Virus record (IMG/VR): IMGVR_UViG_3300032157_000012
Span: 1 to 51,171 of that record
Source of the DNA: a virus
Length of the DNA stretch: 51,171 bases
Strand: one strand, 5' to 3'
Position 1 is the first letter of the stretch; every line of letters begins with the position of its first letter. The notes beneath the pieces were generated by a model, which saw nothing but the letters and a program-made list of their open reading frames with translations, was not told the origin of the DNA and searched no databases. Position numbers and translations under genes: made by a program. Of this stretch, positions 39,752 to 49,498 are shown piece by piece.

Positions 39752-40683
39752 TGGCTCCGGGCGTAGGCGCAAGCGGCGTCATGGGCATCGCGCTGGAAAC
39801 GGTGGTCGGCACTTACGTCGCTCCGACGAAGTTCATCCCCTTCAACAGCGAGGGCCTCCTGTACCAGCAGTCCACGAACTTCCGGCGGGCGATCCGCAAC
39901 AGTCCTGACGTGACGTACGCCGTGCCGGGCAACGCTCACTGTGAAGGCGATCTGGAGATGGATGCCTTCGACGACATCCTTCCCTACTTCATGATGGCCT
40001 CGCGCATGGGTGTCGTGAAGACCGGAGCGGGCCCGAACTACGTCTACACAGGCACGCCGAACGCCCTGGCTACGCCTGCCAAGACGCTATCGATCACGAT
40101 CGTCCGCAACGGTGTCATCTTCGGCTACACTGGCTGCGTCGTCGGCAACTTCACCTTCGGCATCGACGAGGGTACGCTGACGTACGCTGCGGGCATCGTC
40201 GGCATGGACGAGGCTGTCCAGGCGAACCCGACGCCTACGTGGCCAACCACCACACCGTTCGGCATGGGGCAGTACATCATCGAGATCCCGACGGCCTCTG
40301 TCGTGACGGATACCGACACGTTCGAGTTCCAGGTCGAGGACAACGCCGAGCCGCAGTTCCGTCTGAAGAACCCTGGACGTGCTGCACAGTTCGTGAAGTT
40401 CGGCGAGCGTGAGGTGACGCTGTCGGTGGAGCGCGACTTCGACTCGCGTACCGACTACGACAACTTCAAGGCCATGACGTCGCAGAACATCACCATCACT
40501 GCGACCAAGGGTACGAACAACCAGATCGTCATCAACGCACCTGTCGCCATCAAGGACACGTACGAGTTGGGCCTCGACAGCCAGGGCGATCTCGTCCGTG
40601 CCGAGGTCGCCTACCAGTGTCTGGTGGGACCTGCTACGCCGACGTACACGATCGTCTGCAAGTCGCAGGAGAACATCCCGTAA
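39751..40683 (+). CDS. major tail protein
   Basis: 310 aa; immediately upstream of the G/GT chaperone pair and tape measure. Confidence 0.7.
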   Translation: MAPGVGASGVMGIALETVVGTYVAPTKFIPFNSEGLLYQQSTNFRRAIRNSPDVTYAVPGNAHCEGDLEMDAFDDILPYFMMASRMGVVKTGAGPNYVYTGTPNALATPAKTLSITIVRNGVIFGYTGCVVGNFTFGIDEGTLTYAAGIVGMDEAVQANPTPTWPTTTPFGMGQYIIEIPTASVVTDTDTFEFQVEDNAEPQFRLKNPGRAAQFVKFGEREVTLSVERDFDSRTDYDNFKAMTSQNITITATKGTNNQIVINAPVAIKDTYELGLDSQGDLVRAEVAYQCLVGPATPTYTIVCKSQENIP

Positions 40684-40692
40684 CATGGAGCC

Positions 40693-40740
40693 CTCGGGCG
40701 TGTGGAGTTCGTGCAGGCCTCACACGCCCGAGTTTAACAG
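40693..40740 (+). promoter_or_regulatory. 12-bp perfect hairpin (ctcgggcgtgtg/cacacgcccgag) overlapping a half element CGTGTGGAGTT-N20-GAGTTTAACAG
   Basis: Stem at 40693-704 / 40721-732. Arm at 40699-709; core at 40730-740. A second hairpin agtactg/cagtact lies at 40775-96. Confidence 0.6.
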
Positions 40741-40832
40741 GGTTGAAGATGATTGAGGCAATCTTCAATTCGCTAGTACTGTCAGTTAGCAGTACTTAAC
40801 CAGTTCGGTTACTGTTCAGAGGGAGAACGAAA

Positions 40833-41204
40833 ATGCCAGTCGCAGTCGTCACAGGAGAACTCTTCCGCGAGGAGCTCAAGTCCTGCCCCGGAGGGTTCGT
40901 TGTCATCCGTGAGATGACCTACGGCGAGAAGATCCACCGTACCGGCATGACCGGTGCGATGAAGCTCCTCAAGGAGACCAAGCGGTCCGACTACATCGGC
41001 GAGATGACCATGGAGACCTCCCGGATCACTCTGTGGGACTTCGCCAACTTGGTCGTCGACCACAACCTTGAGGACAAGGAAGGCCGTGCGCTGAACTTCC
41101 GGAACGAGGCCGACACGAAGATGCTCTCGTCCGTGATCGGTGAAGAGGTCGGCATGCTCATCGACAAGTACAACAACTTCGGGGACATCGACGAGGGAAA
41201 CTGA
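40833..41204 (+). CDS. tail assembly chaperone (gpG-like)
   Basis: 123 aa between the major tail and tape measure genes. Ends with the slippery site. Confidence 0.75.
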   Translation: MPVAVVTGELFREELKSCPGGFVVIREMTYGEKIHRTGMTGAMKLLKETKRSDYIGEMTMETSRITLWDFANLVVDHNLEDKEGRALNFRNEADTKMLSSVIGEEVGMLIDKYNNFGDIDEGN

Positions 41205-41455
41205 TCCCGCGGCTCAGAGCGTATGTTGTTCTGAACCGCAGGGATGGATACAACGACACAGACATCGTGCAGCTGCTCAATCTGTACGCACTGTGCTCGA
41301 AGTTCGGACAGTTGCCTAGACCTGGTGGATTGCTAAACCAGTCAGCCAGGCTGATGTACCTTTTCGAACAGGTTACCACGATCGAGGCAGAGCGTGAAGC
41401 TCTGAACCAGAAGCGTGCGAACGATGAGAGGAAGGCCAATGCCGGCAAGCGTTAG
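40833..41455 (+). CDS. tail assembly chaperone frameshift product (gpGT-like) via a -1 shift at 41195-41201
   Basis: The -1 frame is open from the slippery site to TAG 41455 and overlaps the tape-measure start. Confidence 0.65.
41195..41201 (+). other. -1 programmed ribosomal frameshift heptamer G_GGA_AAC
   Basis: X_XXY_YYZ pattern in the zero frame (gaG GGA AAC TGA), immediately before the G stop. Confidence 0.7.
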
Positions 41456-44400
41456 GGACATTCTCCTGGTCATCAAGACCAAGGAGGATGCGCAGCGTGC
41501 GATGAGCGGCATTGCTACTTCCATGCGTAGGGCGGCCGCTCAGGCTGACGCTGCATCTGCCCGTGCTCGGGCGGCTGCTCTACGTGCTCAGGCTACACAG
41601 GCACGTATCGCTGGTGCTACTCAGGACCAGATCAACTCGCTGACTCGTGCAGCGCAGGCGCAGGACAGGCATGCTGCATCGATTGAGCGTGCACAGAAGA
41701 AGTCCAGCAATCTCGGTCAAACCATTGAGCGAGTAGGTACTCTTGCCCAGACTACAGGTCTCATACTTGCCGGTATGGGTGCTGGTGCGTTACTGGGCTT
41801 CAGGCAGGCTGTCGACGTGGCCGCCGAGTGGGACAAGCAGGTGCGTCTCACTTATACCCAGGTGGACAAACGTCTCAAGCCGAGCCTTGAGGAATTGTCC
41901 GACATTGGCCTTCGCGTATCTCGTAACGTGGCCGTTCCGTTCGAGAAGGTTCAGGAAGCGCTCTTCGACGTCTTCTCGTCGACCGAGGCTACTATGCCTC
42001 AGGCTGAGAAGCTCCTGACGTCCTTTGCGAAGGCAGCTGTTGCAGGTAACACTGACGTCCAGACAGCGTCGCGTGCGACTATCGGTCTGATGAACGCCTA
42101 CAAGATTCCTTTCAAGGACGTTAACAAGATCCTTGACATTCAGTTCCAGCTGGTGCAGGAGGGCGTTGGTACCTACGAAGAGTGGGCGCAGCGTATCGGT
42201 CTCGTTACGCCTTCAGCTGTTCGTGCTGGTCAGTCCATCGAGACCATGGCCGCCGCGCTGTCGACTTCCACACGAATGGGTACTTCTGCTGCCCGGTCAG
42301 GCACTGCTGTCGCTCGAGCCTTCGACGCAATGTCCAATCCTAAGACTGAGAAGGCCCTCAAGGGCTTGGGCGTAGCGACTCGTGACGCTAAGGGTAACTT
42401 CCGTCCACTCGTCGACGTACTGACTGACTGGCGCAAGCAGCTCGAGAAGCTGCCGAAGAAGGATCGCATCGGTGCTATCCTCGATACACTTAGGGGCGCA
42501 GGCTCCACGATCGAGGCACGCCGGTTCCTCCAGGGTATCCTACTCACCAAGGGTGGCCTCGAGCTTTTCCAGGATCAGATTAAGGAGTTCGCCACTGACA
42601 AGGGAGCCTTCCAGCGTGCCTACAACGAGATGTCCGAAGGTGTTCGGTCCAAGAGTCAGGTTCTTCACAACAGCTGGATGCAGGTGAAGTTGGCTCTGGG
42701 CGAAGCCCTGATGCCTACCTTCCTCAAGCTCATCGAAGTCGGTCAGAGAGTCCTCGACTGGTTCAACAAGCTACCTAAGAGCACGCAGCAGACTATTGCG
42801 CGCGTCGTAGCCTTCGGTGCTGCACTGACAGTGGTGGCCGGTGTACTGCTCATCGTCGTCGGTTCGTTCATCGCCTTTGCTTCCGCCGTCGCTCTCGCAG
42901 GCACAGCACTGATTCCTGTAGCAGCGACGATGCTGGCTGTAGGTGCTGCTGTTGCTATTCTGGTGGCCGGTCTCATCGCCCTCGGTGCTGCGATGTTCAT
43001 TGCGTACCAGAAGAGTGAGACCTTCCGTGCTGTCATCGACGAAATCTGGCTGGCGATCAAAGATGTCTGGGACATCATCGTCAACTTCGCTTTGGGTGTG
43101 AAGCAGTCATTCGATGAGACCATCGTACCTGCTCTGAGACGTCTGTGGACTGTCATCGAGACAGAGGTGCTCCCCAAGGTTCAGGAGTTCGTATCCTGGT
43201 GGCGTGAGAACATGACGCCCATGATCCAGGGTGCTGCCGACATTATCGAGAATCAGCTCAAGCACGCCTTCGAGGCTGTCGCGCAGATGATCGATCAGGA
43301 CCTGATTCCTTTGCTGAAGGACCTGAGCGCTTGGTGGGACCGCAACAAGGAATCCATGCTGCCTGTGATCAAGTTCCTGGGCTTCATGTTGATCTCGGCG
43401 ATAGCGTTGGCAGCCTTCCTGTCCGTCGGAATGGTCTTCGCACTGGCTCTCTGTGTCAAGTGGTTCATCGCTGTGGCTCGTGCAGTCAAGGACCAGGTCG
43501 TTGGGTCCTTCCGCATCCTTTTCTTCCAGACGCAGCTGGTCATTGCAATCATCAAGAAGGTCTGGGAGTGGTTCAAGAAGCTCGGCGATGGTGCCAAGCA
43601 GGGTGCTACGCAGGCGATGACTGCAATGCTCAACCTCAAGAATCGCATCATGGGGTTGTTCGCCTCTGCTGGTACGTGGCTTATCTCTGCTGGACGTAAC
43701 CTGATCGCAGGATTTGTTGGAGGCATTCGAAACGGTGCTGGCGCTGTTCAGGCCGCTGCACGCGGTGTAGCTCAGAGTGCCATCGCTGCTGCCAAGGCTA
43801 CCCTAGGCGAACACTCGCCGTCGAAGGTCTTCAAGGACATCGGCAAGGACGTTATCCGGGGCTTCATCCTCGGTGTGCGTGACGCTAAGACGTTGAAGCA
43901 GCTTCAGACAGCAATGTACCGTGTCTCTCGAGACGTCATTCGTTCCATCAACGCTGCAGACATCAAGAAGTCCGCCAAGGACAAGATGCGCGTGAAGTGG
44001 AACAAGCGTCTTGCCTCTGCTACCAAGAAGCTGACCGCTCTAGAGTTGAAGCGCGAGGCTGTGCAGAAGAAGCTCACCGCTGCTCAGAAGAACCTGGACG
44101 ATCAGCGAAAGGCGCGCGACGACCTCCGCACTAAGGTCCGTGACGCTATCGCGGCTAGCGCTGACTTGACGACACTCACCGACCAGGAGAAGTCTAGTCC
44201 CGCCTGGATGAAGCGTGGCCTCAACGATCGCCTAGCCGCAGTCAAGGCCTTCTCTGCACAACTCCACAGCCTCGCTAAGAAGGGCCTTGACAAGCAGACA
44301 CTCGCTGACCTGGCCTCACAGGGTGTCGATCAGGCAGGTGCACTGGTTGCTAAGCTCGACACCATGTCAGCAGCTGACCTCAAGGAGATCAGCAAGATCC

Positions 44401-44873
44401 AGGCTGAGATCCGAAAGATCGCTGGTGAGACAGGTAAGACTGTCTCTGACGACATGTACTCTGCTGGCATCAAGGCTGCTGAGGGTCTCGTCAAGGGCCT
44501 GCAGAGCCAGATGGCGAACATCACCAAGCAGATGAACGCCATCGCCCAGGCGCTCGTTAAGGCTATCAAGAAGGAACTGGGTATCAAGTCGCCGTCGAGA
44601 GTGTTCATGGAGCTGGGTGTCAACACCGCTCAGGGCTACGTCAACGGCTACGTCGACTTCATGAACAAGAACCTCGCAGCGTTGCAGACCGCTACAGCAT
44701 TCCAGCCGCAGGGAGCGGTCGGGCGTGTGGCGTCTGGTGGTGTCACTGACCCGCAGGTTTACCCAGGTCTGACTCGTCACTACGAACAGAACATCACGAT
44801 CCATACCCAGGAGATCAATCCGCAGAGGCATGCGGCAGAGTTGGGTTGGCTGCTTGAGAGTAGGGTGAGCTGA
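41439..44873 (+). CDS. tape measure protein
   Basis: Longest ORF (track 41415..44873; ATG 41439 follows GAGAGGAAGG). A/Q-rich coiled coils and central hydrophobic segments. Confidence 0.9.
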   Translation: MPASVRDILLVIKTKEDAQRAMSGIATSMRRAAAQADAASARARAAALRAQATQARIAGATQDQINSLTRAAQAQDRHAASIERAQKKSSNLGQTIERVGTLAQTTGLILAGMGAGALLGFRQAVDVAAEWDKQVRLTYTQVDKRLKPSLEELSDIGLRVSRNVAVPFEKVQEALFDVFSSTEATMPQAEKLLTSFAKAAVAGNTDVQTASRATIGLMNAYKIPFKDVNKILDIQFQLVQEGVGTYEEWAQRIGLVTPSAVRAGQSIETMAAALSTSTRMGTSAARSGTAVARAFDAMSNPKTEKALKGLGVATRDAKGNFRPLVDVLTDWRKQLEKLPKKDRIGAILDTLRGAGSTIEARRFLQGILLTKGGLELFQDQIKEFATDKGAFQRAYNEMSEGVRSKSQVLHNSWMQVKLALGEALMPTFLKLIEVGQRVLDWFNKLPKSTQQTIARVVAFGAALTVVAGVLLIVVGSFIAFASAVALAGTALIPVAATMLAVGAAVAILVAGLIALGAAMFIAYQKSETFRAVIDEIWLAIKDVWDIIVNFALGVKQSFDETIVPALRRLWTVIETEVLPKVQEFVSWWRENMTPMIQGAADIIENQLKHAFEAVAQMIDQDLIPLLKDLSAWWDRNKESMLPVIKFLGFMLISAIALAAFLSVGMVFALALCVKWFIAVARAVKDQVVGSFRILFFQTQLVIAIIKKVWEWFKKLGDGAKQGATQAMTAMLNLKNRIMGLFASAGTWLISAGRNLIAGFVGGIRNGAGAVQAAARGVAQSAIAAAKATLGEHSPSKVFKDIGKDVIRGFILGVRDAKTLKQLQTAMYRVSRDVIRSINAADIKKSAKDKMRVKWNKRLASATKKLTALELKREAVQKKLTAAQKNLDDQRKARDDLRTKVRDAIAASADLTTLTDQEKSSPAWMKRGLNDRLAAVKAFSAQLHSLAKKGLDKQTLADLASQGVDQAGALVAKLDTMSAADLKEISKIQAEIRKIAGETGKTVSDDMYSAGIKAAEGLVKGLQSQMANITKQMNAIAQALVKAIKKELGIKSPSRVFMELGVNTAQGYVNGYVDFMNKNLAALQTATAFQPQGAVGRVASGGVTDPQVYPGLTRHYEQNITIHTQEINPQRHAAELGWLLESRVS

Positions 44874-45742
44874 TGCCGGTACTTACAGACGACTTCACGT
44901 ATGTGTTGACGTCGACGGGAGTAGTACTCAACCCGACAGCGCTCACGTCCCCCTTCGTGGATATCACGAAGGTGAAGGGACTCGACAGTGCTGACCTTCG
45001 TACTACTGAACGTGACCACGAAGGTGTCGACGGTGGCTTCATCGATGCCTACTATGAGAAGATGCGGGTCATCGTTCTCGAAGGTCAGTTGTACTGTAAC
45101 GACTACCTGCTAGTAGAATCGTACCTAGATAGTCTCAAGTCTAACTGGGGGCCCGTACGCCTACCTATCCCGTTCTACTTCAAAAAGCCGGGAGTTAGCG
45201 AGCGTCTAATCCTCGTCAAACCTCTAGGCGTGAAGTATGATGTCGATGAGCTCAGGCGGTTGGGTTGCTGCGCTGTGCAGTTCATGGCGCAAGCAGAAGA
45301 CCCTCGTGTGTACACAAGTGATGGGATCGTTGAAGCTGCGATCCCTCAAGGGGCTGCATCTGTTACTGGATTCGGGTTCCCTCTGGGGTTCCCGTTCGGC
45401 TTCGGTGCACCTGTTACACCTGCGACGTTCAACGCAGCCAATCTAGGTAACCGTTCAACTCCTGCGGTCATCAAGATTCCTGGGCCAGTAACTAACCCTC
45501 GCATCTACAACGATACGGTCAGCAAGGGTTTGGAGTTCACCATTGATCTGGCGTCTGGTGAATTTCTGGAGATCGATCTATACTATAAGACAGTCAAGCT
45601 GAACGGTACTGTATCACGTCGTTCAGCCTTGATCAACCCAACCTGGTTCCTGCTTGAGCCTGGTGACAACTTCCTTCGGTACCAGGCGGACACAACAGGT
45701 AACCCGTCCGCTCTCATTACCTATCGTCACGCGTGGAGGTGA
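44873..45742 (+). CDS. distal tail protein (Dit-like, by position)
   Basis: 289 aa. TGATG overlap with the tape measure gene. Confidence 0.6.
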   Translation: MPVLTDDFTYVLTSTGVVLNPTALTSPFVDITKVKGLDSADLRTTERDHEGVDGGFIDAYYEKMRVIVLEGQLYCNDYLLVESYLDSLKSNWGPVRLPIPFYFKKPGVSERLILVKPLGVKYDVDELRRLGCCAVQFMAQAEDPRVYTSDGIVEAAIPQGAASVTGFGFPLGFPFGFGAPVTPATFNAANLGNRSTPAVIKIPGPVTNPRIYNDTVSKGLEFTIDLASGEFLEIDLYYKTVKLNGTVSRRSALINPTWFLLEPGDNFLRYQADTTGNPSALITYRHAWR

Positions 45743-45745
45743 GCG

Positions 45746-46774
45746 ATGGCAGTAACTAACCCGCCCATTGCGTTGCAGAACCTGGCAACGCACACTGCCC
45801 AGCTGCTTCGCGTTGCTACAACGACGGACCAGTCGGCACCTCGAACGGGCTCGTCTCTCGTACCTCGAGGAGGCGTCCATCCGTTCCTGGGCTCTGCGAT
45901 GGCGGTATCACAGCAGGGCTCGCCCACCATGGGCGTTACCGTGCAGGCCGGCATCGCTACTGTTCCAGGCACAGAGGCAGCGTCTCAGGGAGCCTACACG
46001 TGTCTTTCCGCCAGCGCGGAGAACGTGACGATCGCTGCCGCTCACGCATCGCTGCCACGCATCGATCTCATCGTGGCTAAGGTTGAAGACGCCGCGTTCA
46101 GTGGTGCCGTCAATGCTTGGTCGTTGGCTGCAGTCACTGGAACTGCCGCCGGCTCTCCTGTAGCACCTACCGCGCCGAACAACTCCATCACGTTGGCCCA
46201 GGTCGCTGTCGGTGCCGCCGTGACGCAGATCCTGAACGCGAACATCACCGACCGGCGAATCTTCTCTTCGACCGGCATCATCTCGTGTACGAGCACGACT
46301 CGACCGAACCCTGCTCTCACGAACATGGTGATCGTCGAGAGCGACACAGGTGACATCCTTCGGTACAACGGTTCGAGCTGGACCGTACCGTACGCCCAGA
46401 ACTGGACGAACTGGACCCCTACGATCTACCAGAACATGGCAACAGCGCCGTCTGCCGTGGGCGGGTCGGTCTCCTACGCACGCTACCGTAAGGTAGGCAC
46501 GACCGTTCACGTCCTCTGGAATGTGCTGGTCACACCTGTCACGACTGGTGGCGTAGGCATCTCGCTGCCGTTCCCACAGGCCCAGCGCTTCCAGGGTATG
46601 GGCGTTGGCGGTATCTGGGGTGGCGGTACTCCTGCAGACCAGACGGGCTGGATGTACGGCATGCCGTCTCCACACCTGGACAAGATCGTCGTCACCGCCT
46701 ACACTGGAGCCTTCCGAGACACTACAGCCGCGAGCCAAGCCTATCGAGGCGCTGGCACATACGAAACGACGTGA
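45746..46774 (+). CDS. minor tail / fibre-like protein
   Basis: 342 aa. ASLPRIDLIVAKVEDAAF...TGTAAGSPVAPTAPNNSITLAQVAV...ITDRRIF. Confidence 0.55.
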   Translation: MAVTNPPIALQNLATHTAQLLRVATTTDQSAPRTGSSLVPRGGVHPFLGSAMAVSQQGSPTMGVTVQAGIATVPGTEAASQGAYTCLSASAENVTIAAAHASLPRIDLIVAKVEDAAFSGAVNAWSLAAVTGTAAGSPVAPTAPNNSITLAQVAVGAAVTQILNANITDRRIFSSTGIISCTSTTRPNPALTNMVIVESDTGDILRYNGSSWTVPYAQNWTNWTPTIYQNMATAPSAVGGSVSYARYRKVGTTVHVLWNVLVTPVTTGGVGISLPFPQAQRFQGMGVGGIWGGGTPADQTGWMYGMPSPHLDKIVVTAYTGAFRDTTAASQAYRGAGTYETT

Positions 46775-46777
46775 CCC

Positions 46778-47638
46778 ATGAAGATTCTGGCCGTACCCCT
46801 TACGTTGCTCATGCTAGCCATTCCCAGTCCGTGTGCGGCTGCAGATGCAACGGCGTGCCCGAAGATCATCGCACACAAGACCAATCCGCTCGAGGCTCCT
46901 GAAGACAGCATCCAAGGTATCCTCTCTGTGCCAGCAACTCAGGCGCAGGCAGTCGAAGTCGACCTGAGGTTCAACAAGTCGAACTGGCCTGTCGCTATGC
47001 ACGATAAGACAGTCGACAGGACCACAACGGGTACAGGTAACGTCAACACCTACTACCTACCCGACATCGTCAAGCTGTCCGCTGCTGACTACGCGCCTTG
47101 GAACACCGACCCCCGCTTCGCTGGCTTCTGGCCTGACGGTACGCCTAAGGTGAAGGTGCCCTACACTTGGGATATCGTCAACGCTGCGAACACATCTGAC
47201 GTAGACCTTCTACTGGATGTCAAGGAGACTCCGCCTAACGCTGAGGCTGCTTACAAGATTTGGGACTACCTCAACAGGTTCAACTACTTCAACCGGACCA
47301 TCTACATGGGGAGTCCTGAGTCCATCACAGCGATGCGTGCTCTCTACCCTTCTCTCCAGTACATGCTCATCGAGTACCCTGCAGCTACCTACATGGGACG
47401 GTCAGCATCGTACTTGAAGAGCCTGGGCGTGATAGGCTACGCTGTCCCTTTCGGTTCGGTGGACGAGAACTTCGTCAACTACTACCGCGCCAATAACATC
47501 CAGGTGTATACCTGGACGTCGGACAATGTCGGTGTAGATGTTTACGCTAACTGGCAGAAGATGGCCGATGCTGGGGTTACTGCGTTAGTTACCAATAACC
47601 CGAAGGCTGCTCGCGAGAGCATCACGCAGTGTCAGTAA
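46778..47638 (+). CDS. glycerophosphodiester phosphodiesterase (GDPD) with an N-terminal signal peptide
   Basis: MKILAVPLTLLMLAIPSPCAA; IIAHKTNPLEAPEDS; VEVDLRF; VAMHDKTVDRTTTGTG. Confidence 0.75.
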   Translation: MKILAVPLTLLMLAIPSPCAAADATACPKIIAHKTNPLEAPEDSIQGILSVPATQAQAVEVDLRFNKSNWPVAMHDKTVDRTTTGTGNVNTYYLPDIVKLSAADYAPWNTDPRFAGFWPDGTPKVKVPYTWDIVNAANTSDVDLLLDVKETPPNAEAAYKIWDYLNRFNYFNRTIYMGSPESITAMRALYPSLQYMLIEYPAATYMGRSASYLKSLGVIGYAVPFGSVDENFVNYYRANNIQVYTWTSDNVGVDVYANWQKMADAGVTALVTNNPKAARESITQCQ

Positions 47639-47647
47639 GGAGGTGTC

Positions 47648-48412
47648 ATGGCTGATCCGTATTTGGTGCCTTGTCTAGTCACCTTACGGGATGAGTTCAA
47701 CAGGCTCAACCCGAATCGTGACAAGTCAAGCGACGGCTGGATTGGTGACGCGTCTCACCAGTCCGGTAGCTCGGATCACAATCCTGCCTCAGACGGTGGC
47801 GTCCACGCTATCGATGTGGACGAGACGGGTGGCTGGCCTGATGGCTGTACCATGGAGAAGATGGTCCAGTACATCATCGCCGAGTGCCGCAAGTCTGGTG
47901 AGTCAGGTATGGATCGCGGGCGACTCAAGTACGTCATCTACGAGCGCCGGATCTGGTCGGCGTCCAACGGATGGCAAGAGGAGTACTACGACGGCAGCAA
48001 TGCCCACGACAAGCACGTACACTTCAGTGGCGAGTACTCGTCGGAGTACGAGAACGATACGCGCTCGTGGGGCCTGTACGACAAGTTTGGAGATGACATG
48101 CCAACAGTAGACGAGTTCTGGAACGCGGCGTTCCCTGACCCGTACGACGAGAGCCCTAACCCTCGCATGGTCAAGGCGAAGGACTGGCTGCGGTACGTGC
48201 CGTCCGACGCTGACGTGAAGAACGTCGGCAAGAAGGTCGACACGGCGAACGGCAAGCTGGACCAGATGATCGCGTCGCTGACTGGTGACATGGAGGCGCT
48301 GGCCCAGTCGATCGTCGATAAGCTTCTGGAGCAGGCGCCTCCCGGCACGATCACTCAGCAGCAGATCGTCGACGCCGTCAAGCAGGCCTTCCGTGAAGGC
48401 TCCGCCGTCTAG
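47648..48412 (+). CDS. LAS-type (M15-like) zinc peptidase; candidate endolysin or tail lysin
   Basis: SHQSGSSDHNP..GGVHAIDVD and AHDKHVHFS (H-x6-D ... HxH pattern). Confidence 0.55.
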   Translation: MADPYLVPCLVTLRDEFNRLNPNRDKSSDGWIGDASHQSGSSDHNPASDGGVHAIDVDETGGWPDGCTMEKMVQYIIAECRKSGESGMDRGRLKYVIYERRIWSASNGWQEEYYDGSNAHDKHVHFSGEYSSEYENDTRSWGLYDKFGDDMPTVDEFWNAAFPDPYDESPNPRMVKAKDWLRYVPSDADVKNVGKKVDTANGKLDQMIASLTGDMEALAQSIVDKLLEQAPPGTITQQQIVDAVKQAFREGSAV

Positions 48413-48430
48413 TTCTACAGGAGATCAAAA

Positions 48431-49498
48431 GTGGCTGAAGTTCGTTATGTCTTCGGAGACGCTCTCACTGGTGCGGTGATCGAGGAGATCGCACTCCAGG
48501 GCGTGAGCGTCTCTGAAGGTATCGATGGTGGCGATCTGCAAGGCTCTTTTGGTCTCAATCAGACAGGCAAGAACAACAGTGACCTGATCGGTGCGACCAT
48601 CCCAGGTAAGTGCTTCGTCGTCATGGAACGTAACGACCAGCCTATCTGGGGTGGTCTGATCTGGTCTCGAGTGTACCAGTCTCAGGCTGAGAGCGTACAG
48701 CTCTACGCTAAGACGTTCGACCAGTACCTAACGAAGCGCGTCATCGACTACGACATCTCGATCACTGCTACTGACCCTCGCAACATCATGCGCACGCTGT
48801 ACAACACGATGCAGCTTGACCCGTACAGCATTAGGGTCGACGTGCCTGCAGCAGTCGCTACCCTAACCACAATGGACCTGGAAGTCTTCGGCACCGAGCT
48901 GAAGACCTACAGAACAGTAGCGGATCAGATCGCTGCGAACAACTTCGAGTGGCGAGTTGCATGGGCTCGTGTTGGTGGTGTGTACGTCAAGACGCTAACG
49001 ATGGGTCAGCCTACGATCGGTCAGACCTATGGTCCTAACAGCACCACGTTCGAGTACCCTGGCAACATCCTGAACTTCTGGCAGAACACTACGATCGCCC
49101 AATCAGGAACTGACATCTATGGTGTCGGTTCAGGCGAAGGTGCCAGTATGCCAATCATTCGGGTCACTCACGCTGATCTGCAGACTAACAACTGGCCTCG
49201 ACTGGATGCACAGATCACCAGGAAGGGTATCGACGATGTCAGTCTGCTCACACAAGTAACGCAAGAGCAGGCTGCAGTACTTAAGGCTCCGTCGAACATC
49301 TATACGGTTGAGATGAAGGCTGACCGTGAGCCCGAGTTCAGTGACTGGGGCCTTGGTGATGGCTGTAACTTGGTACTGCAAAGTGGCCTAGGTACCATAG
49401 TGCAGCCAGCACGCATCATTAACTGGGTGTACACACCTCCGCAGTCAGATACTGTCGAAGAGGTACGCCTGATGTTCGAGGGGGACGAACTGGCATGA
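48431..49498 (+). CDS. Tal-like minor tail protein (N-terminal tail-tip domain pattern)
   Basis: GTG start. YVFGDALTG...CFVVMERNDQPIWGGLIWSRVY. Confidence 0.6.
   Translation: MAEVRYVFGDALTGAVIEEIALQGVSVSEGIDGGDLQGSFGLNQTGKNNSDLIGATIPGKCFVVMERNDQPIWGGLIWSRVYQSQAESVQLYAKTFDQYLTKRVIDYDISITATDPRNIMRTLYNTMQLDPYSIRVDVPAAVATLTTMDLEVFGTELKTYRTVADQIAANNFEWRVAWARVGGVYVKTLTMGQPTIGQTYGPNSTTFEYPGNILNFWQNTTIAQSGTDIYGVGSGEGASMPIIRVTHADLQTNNWPRLDAQITRKGIDDVSLLTQVTQEQAAVLKAPSNIYTVEMKADREPEFSDWGLGDGCNLVLQSGLGTIVQPARIINWVYTPPQSDTVEEVRLMFEGDELA

Noticed and set aside
45908-46738. 276-aa - strand ORF
   Set aside because: It runs antisense to the fibre-like tail gene and has an R/G/D-rich shadow composition.
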